Shown: positions 30,240 to 32,000 of the stretch, in pieces | Numbering within the stretch: the stretch's first letter is position 1 | Layout: every line of letters starts with the position of its first letter | Origin: Desulfobulbus propionicus DSM 2032 | Lineage (GTDB): Bacteria; Desulfobacterota; Desulfobulbia; Desulfobulbales; Desulfobulbaceae | DNA: 32,000 nucleotides | Direction of reading: 5' to 3' | Assembly (NCBI RefSeq): GCF_000186885.1 | Contig: NC_014972.1 | Coordinates: 3,060,001-3,092,000 of the forward strand | Notes under the pieces: generated by a model | The model's database searches: none | Told to the model about the DNA's origin: nothing | Seen by the model: only the letters and a program-made list of their open reading frames with translations | Position numbers and translations under genes: made by a program

Positions 30240-31037
30240 ATGAAACGGTTATTTAGCAAACTCTCCAGCCCCCAGAGGAAGGCTCTTTATTGCCTGACCG
30301 AAAATGTTGAACGTTTCGTTGGGCAGTACGGGAGGGACCGCGTAGCGGTCATGACCCTTACTTTCCCAGATCACTTAACAGACCCCAGAGAAGCATCGAA
30401 GCGGTTGAACTCTTTCATGAGTAATTTCCTTCGTGAAAGGATTGGCTCTTTTATCACGGTCAGGGAATTGCATGAAAGTGGTTCATGGCATTACCACCTT
30501 CTTGTTGCTTTCCAGGCCCCTATTTGCCTTGGTTTTCGATGGAAATACGCCAAGGACCACAAGGCTATCCCGGTATTCAAAACCGCAACCAAGGCCCTGA
30601 AAACGCTCTGGAGAGACATTCGTGAGGCCGCCCCAAAGTACGGTTTTGGTCGTTCAGAAATCCTTCCAGTCCGAACTGGCAAGGGTCTTGCAAAGTATTT
30701 CAGCAAGGTCATTCTCCAAAGAGCCCTGGACCCTGAACGATTCAAGGGTGTCCGCCTGGTCAGCTACTCCAGGAATTTCCTACGGTCTGTTGCCCGCTTC
30801 GCGTGGAATAACCCGTATACCCGAGATTTCCGCCGTAAAGTGAAACGGTTTGCTACCGAATTGCTTGGTATCACTGAGAAATTGACAGATGAGCCGCCGG
30901 ATGTTGATTGGCTGAGTTACCTATTCCCAGCCTGGTTCTGGCGATACGGAAAAGTCATCGACGGCATTGACCGTATCCTTGCCCAGCCGGACCTTGCCAA
31001 TATGTACCGGCACACCATCCAGCCCGCAGAGTTCTAA
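30240..31037 (+). CDS. HUH-superfamily rolling-circle replication initiator (Rep)-like protein
   Basis: 265 aa with Rep-order motifs. Motif I is VAVMTLTFP (aa 35-43). Motif II is the HUH WHYHLLV (H84-Y-H86). Motif III is GLAKYFSKV (Y153), resembling the AKYxxK catalytic-Tyr motif of pC194/phiX174-type Reps. No obvious Shine-Dalgarno. Confidence 0.7.
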   Translation: MKRLFSKLSSPQRKALYCLTENVERFVGQYGRDRVAVMTLTFPDHLTDPREASKRLNSFMSNFLRERIGSFITVRELHESGSWHYHLLVAFQAPICLGFRWKYAKDHKAIPVFKTATKALKTLWRDIREAAPKYGFGRSEILPVRTGKGLAKYFSKVILQRALDPERFKGVRLVSYSRNFLRSVARFAWNNPYTRDFRRKVKRFATELLGITEKLTDEPPDVDWLSYLFPAWFWRYGKVIDGIDRILAQPDLANMYRHTIQPAEF

Positions 31038-31155
31038 TCCTTTCAGGAAGCCCCCTATCCGCCCCGTAGAGCAAGATTTAACCCTTGGCCTATACCTAAT
31101 ACCCATTGACCTTGTTTTTTGATTGTAGGCCGTTTCTGTGGAGCTTCATTGATGG

Positions 31156-31185
31156 TTGACAGGTGTTCTCCAGGTGTGTTACATA
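31156..31185 (+). promoter_or_regulatory. Candidate promoter for the recombinase gene
   Basis: TTGACA (31156-31161), 18 nt, TACATA (31180-31185). It overlaps the first of two TGTNACA elements. Confidence 0.3.
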
Positions 31186-31233
31186 ATATCAAACGTTCGT
31201 ATGAAGGTTTGTAACATACCAGGGAGGAACGCA

Positions 31234-32000
31234 ATGGAAGGCCGTTTTGTGACATATTACCGAGTGAGTACAGCCAAGCAGGGCCGGTCCGGTTTGGGCC
31301 TGGAAGCGCAGAAAGAGACGGTGACCCGCTACCTGAATGGCGGTAACTGGGAAGTGGTTGGCACATATACCGAGGTGGAAAGCGGAAAGCGGGATGACCG
31401 GCCCGAACTGGAAAAGGCGATCAGGGATTGTAAGTTGAAAGGTGCCCGGCTGTTGGTGGCCAAGCTGGACCGACTGAGCCGTGACCTGCATTTCATTACC
31501 AGCTTGCAAAAGGCCGGTGTGCCCTTCACCGTTGCCGAGATGCCGGACGCAACAGAGTTGACCGTGCACATATACGCCGCCATGGCCGAACATGAACGCA
31601 AGGTTATTTCCCAGCGCACCAGGGCCGCCTTACAGGCCGCCAAGGCAAAAGGAAAGAAGCTGGGGAACCCCTGCTTACAGCGTGGCGAGCAGATACCCGG
31701 CAGCGGTGCCCCTAAGAACGCCAACAAGGCCCGGATTGAGAAGGCCGACGACTTCGCCCGACAGATGGCCCAGATCATCCAGGAAATGCGCTCTGAGGGT
31801 GATTCACTCCGGGATATAGCCGACAGTTTGAATAATGCTGGGTACAGGACCGCACGGGGAAAGGAATGGCAGGCAGCCAGCGTGAAGCGTGTTCTTGACA
31901 GGGTGACACCGAGGGAACCCGAAATGAAAATGATTGTTATGGGTGATGCTGCACCAAAGTCTTTTGACGGAACCACCCCAAAAACCCATAACCTTCTTGA
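31234..32000 (+). CDS. Serine recombinase (resolvase/invertase family), 3' end beyond the window
   Basis: Absent from the ORF track because there is no in-window stop. An AGGGAGGA RBS precedes it. My translation is MEGRFVTYYRVSTAKQGRSGLGLEAQKETV...LLVAKLDRLSRD...ERKVISQRTRAALQAAKAKGKKLGNP...SLRDIADSLNNAGYRTARGKEWQAASVKRVL. It has the catalytic Ser in YxRVSTxxQ, the resolvase core and a C-terminal HTH. Confidence 0.9.
   Translation, partial: MEGRFVTYYRVSTAKQGRSGLGLEAQKETVTRYLNGGNWEVVGTYTEVESGKRDDRPELEKAIRDCKLKGARLLVAKLDRLSRDLHFITSLQKAGVPFTVAEMPDATELTVHIYAAMAEHERKVISQRTRAALQAAKAKGKKLGNPCLQRGEQIPGSGAPKNANKARIEKADDFARQMAQIIQEMRSEGDSLRDIADSLNNAGYRTARGKEWQAASVKRVLDRVTPREPEMKMIVMGDAAPKSFDGTTPKTHNLL

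Larger units (their letters stand above)
27579..32000. mobile_element. Lower-GC accessory island: putative small integrative element (HUH Rep, serine recombinase, TerS-like). The right end lies outside the window and the left end is approximate.
   Basis: Composition drops to about 37-55% GC in hand-counted lines. Gene content is mobile-element-like: Rep, recombinase, TerS-like HTH and orphan ORFs. Repeats and palindromes are dense. A possible tRNA-end scar sits at the left edge. Confidence 0.55.

Noticed and set aside
29990-30259. ORFs in the rep-upstream noncoding region: 30029-30226 (+), 65 aa, and 29990-30259 (-), 89 aa.
   Set aside because: They have no RBS and an odd composition (C/H/W-rich). 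They overlap the predicted sRNA, promoters and hairpins, which explain the region better.
29984-31094. An exact 11-bp direct repeat, CTTGGCCTATA, flanking the rep gene (29984-29994 and 31084-31094), considered as element ends or a target duplication.
   Set aside because: An 11-mer repeat within a few kb is not improbable by chance (order of one expected). It is better explained as two instances of the CCTATA-containing motif family reported separately.

Overview
GC-rich bacterial chromosomal window (over 60% GC by eye in most genes). The gene content is reminiscent of Desulfobacterota/deltaproteobacteria, but that is a weak impression I cannot verify. All family assignments come from motifs I read in the translations, not from database searches.

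Layout:
(1) 1-7114, minus strand: a type II FAS-like cassette of KAS, ACP, two CrtI/phytoene-desaturase-family flavoproteins, a FabG-like KR, a FabZ-like DH and a FabI-like ER. It starts 8 nt after alaS. A visibly lower-GC gene with a PD-(D/E)XK-like motif sits inside it.
(2) alaS and acs, minus strand, with a clean intrinsic terminator after acs.
(3) A small DUF2892-like membrane protein and an MFS transporter.
(4) 14369-21999, plus strand: a tightly packed operon of a membrane sensor (PAS-GGDEF-EAL), a PqiA/LetA-like protein, a 7-MCE LetB-like protein and a HAD phosphatase.
(5) 22018-27149, minus strand: an operon of GH1 beta-glucosidase, a YddA/BacA-like ABC half-transporter with degenerate ATPase motifs, a GH5 exo-beta-1,3-glucanase-like protein and an EEP-family hydrolase.
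(6) About 27.5 kb to the window end: a lower-GC accessory island. It carries a consensus-promoter/terminator cassette for a 50-aa ORF, an orphan coiled-coil protein plus a coupled 67-aa ORF, a stand-alone terminase-small-subunit-like HTH protein, a 412-bp noncoding region with a predicted small countertranscript-like RNA, an HUH rolling-circle Rep-like protein and a serine recombinase that runs off the window. It is dense in phased repeats and palindromes.

The island is the best candidate for something undescribed: an unclassified small mobile element that could be satellite-like, IME-like or an integrated RCR replicon. The orphan FAS/CrtI-like cassette is the second candidate. I found no CRISPR array, rRNA or intact tRNA.
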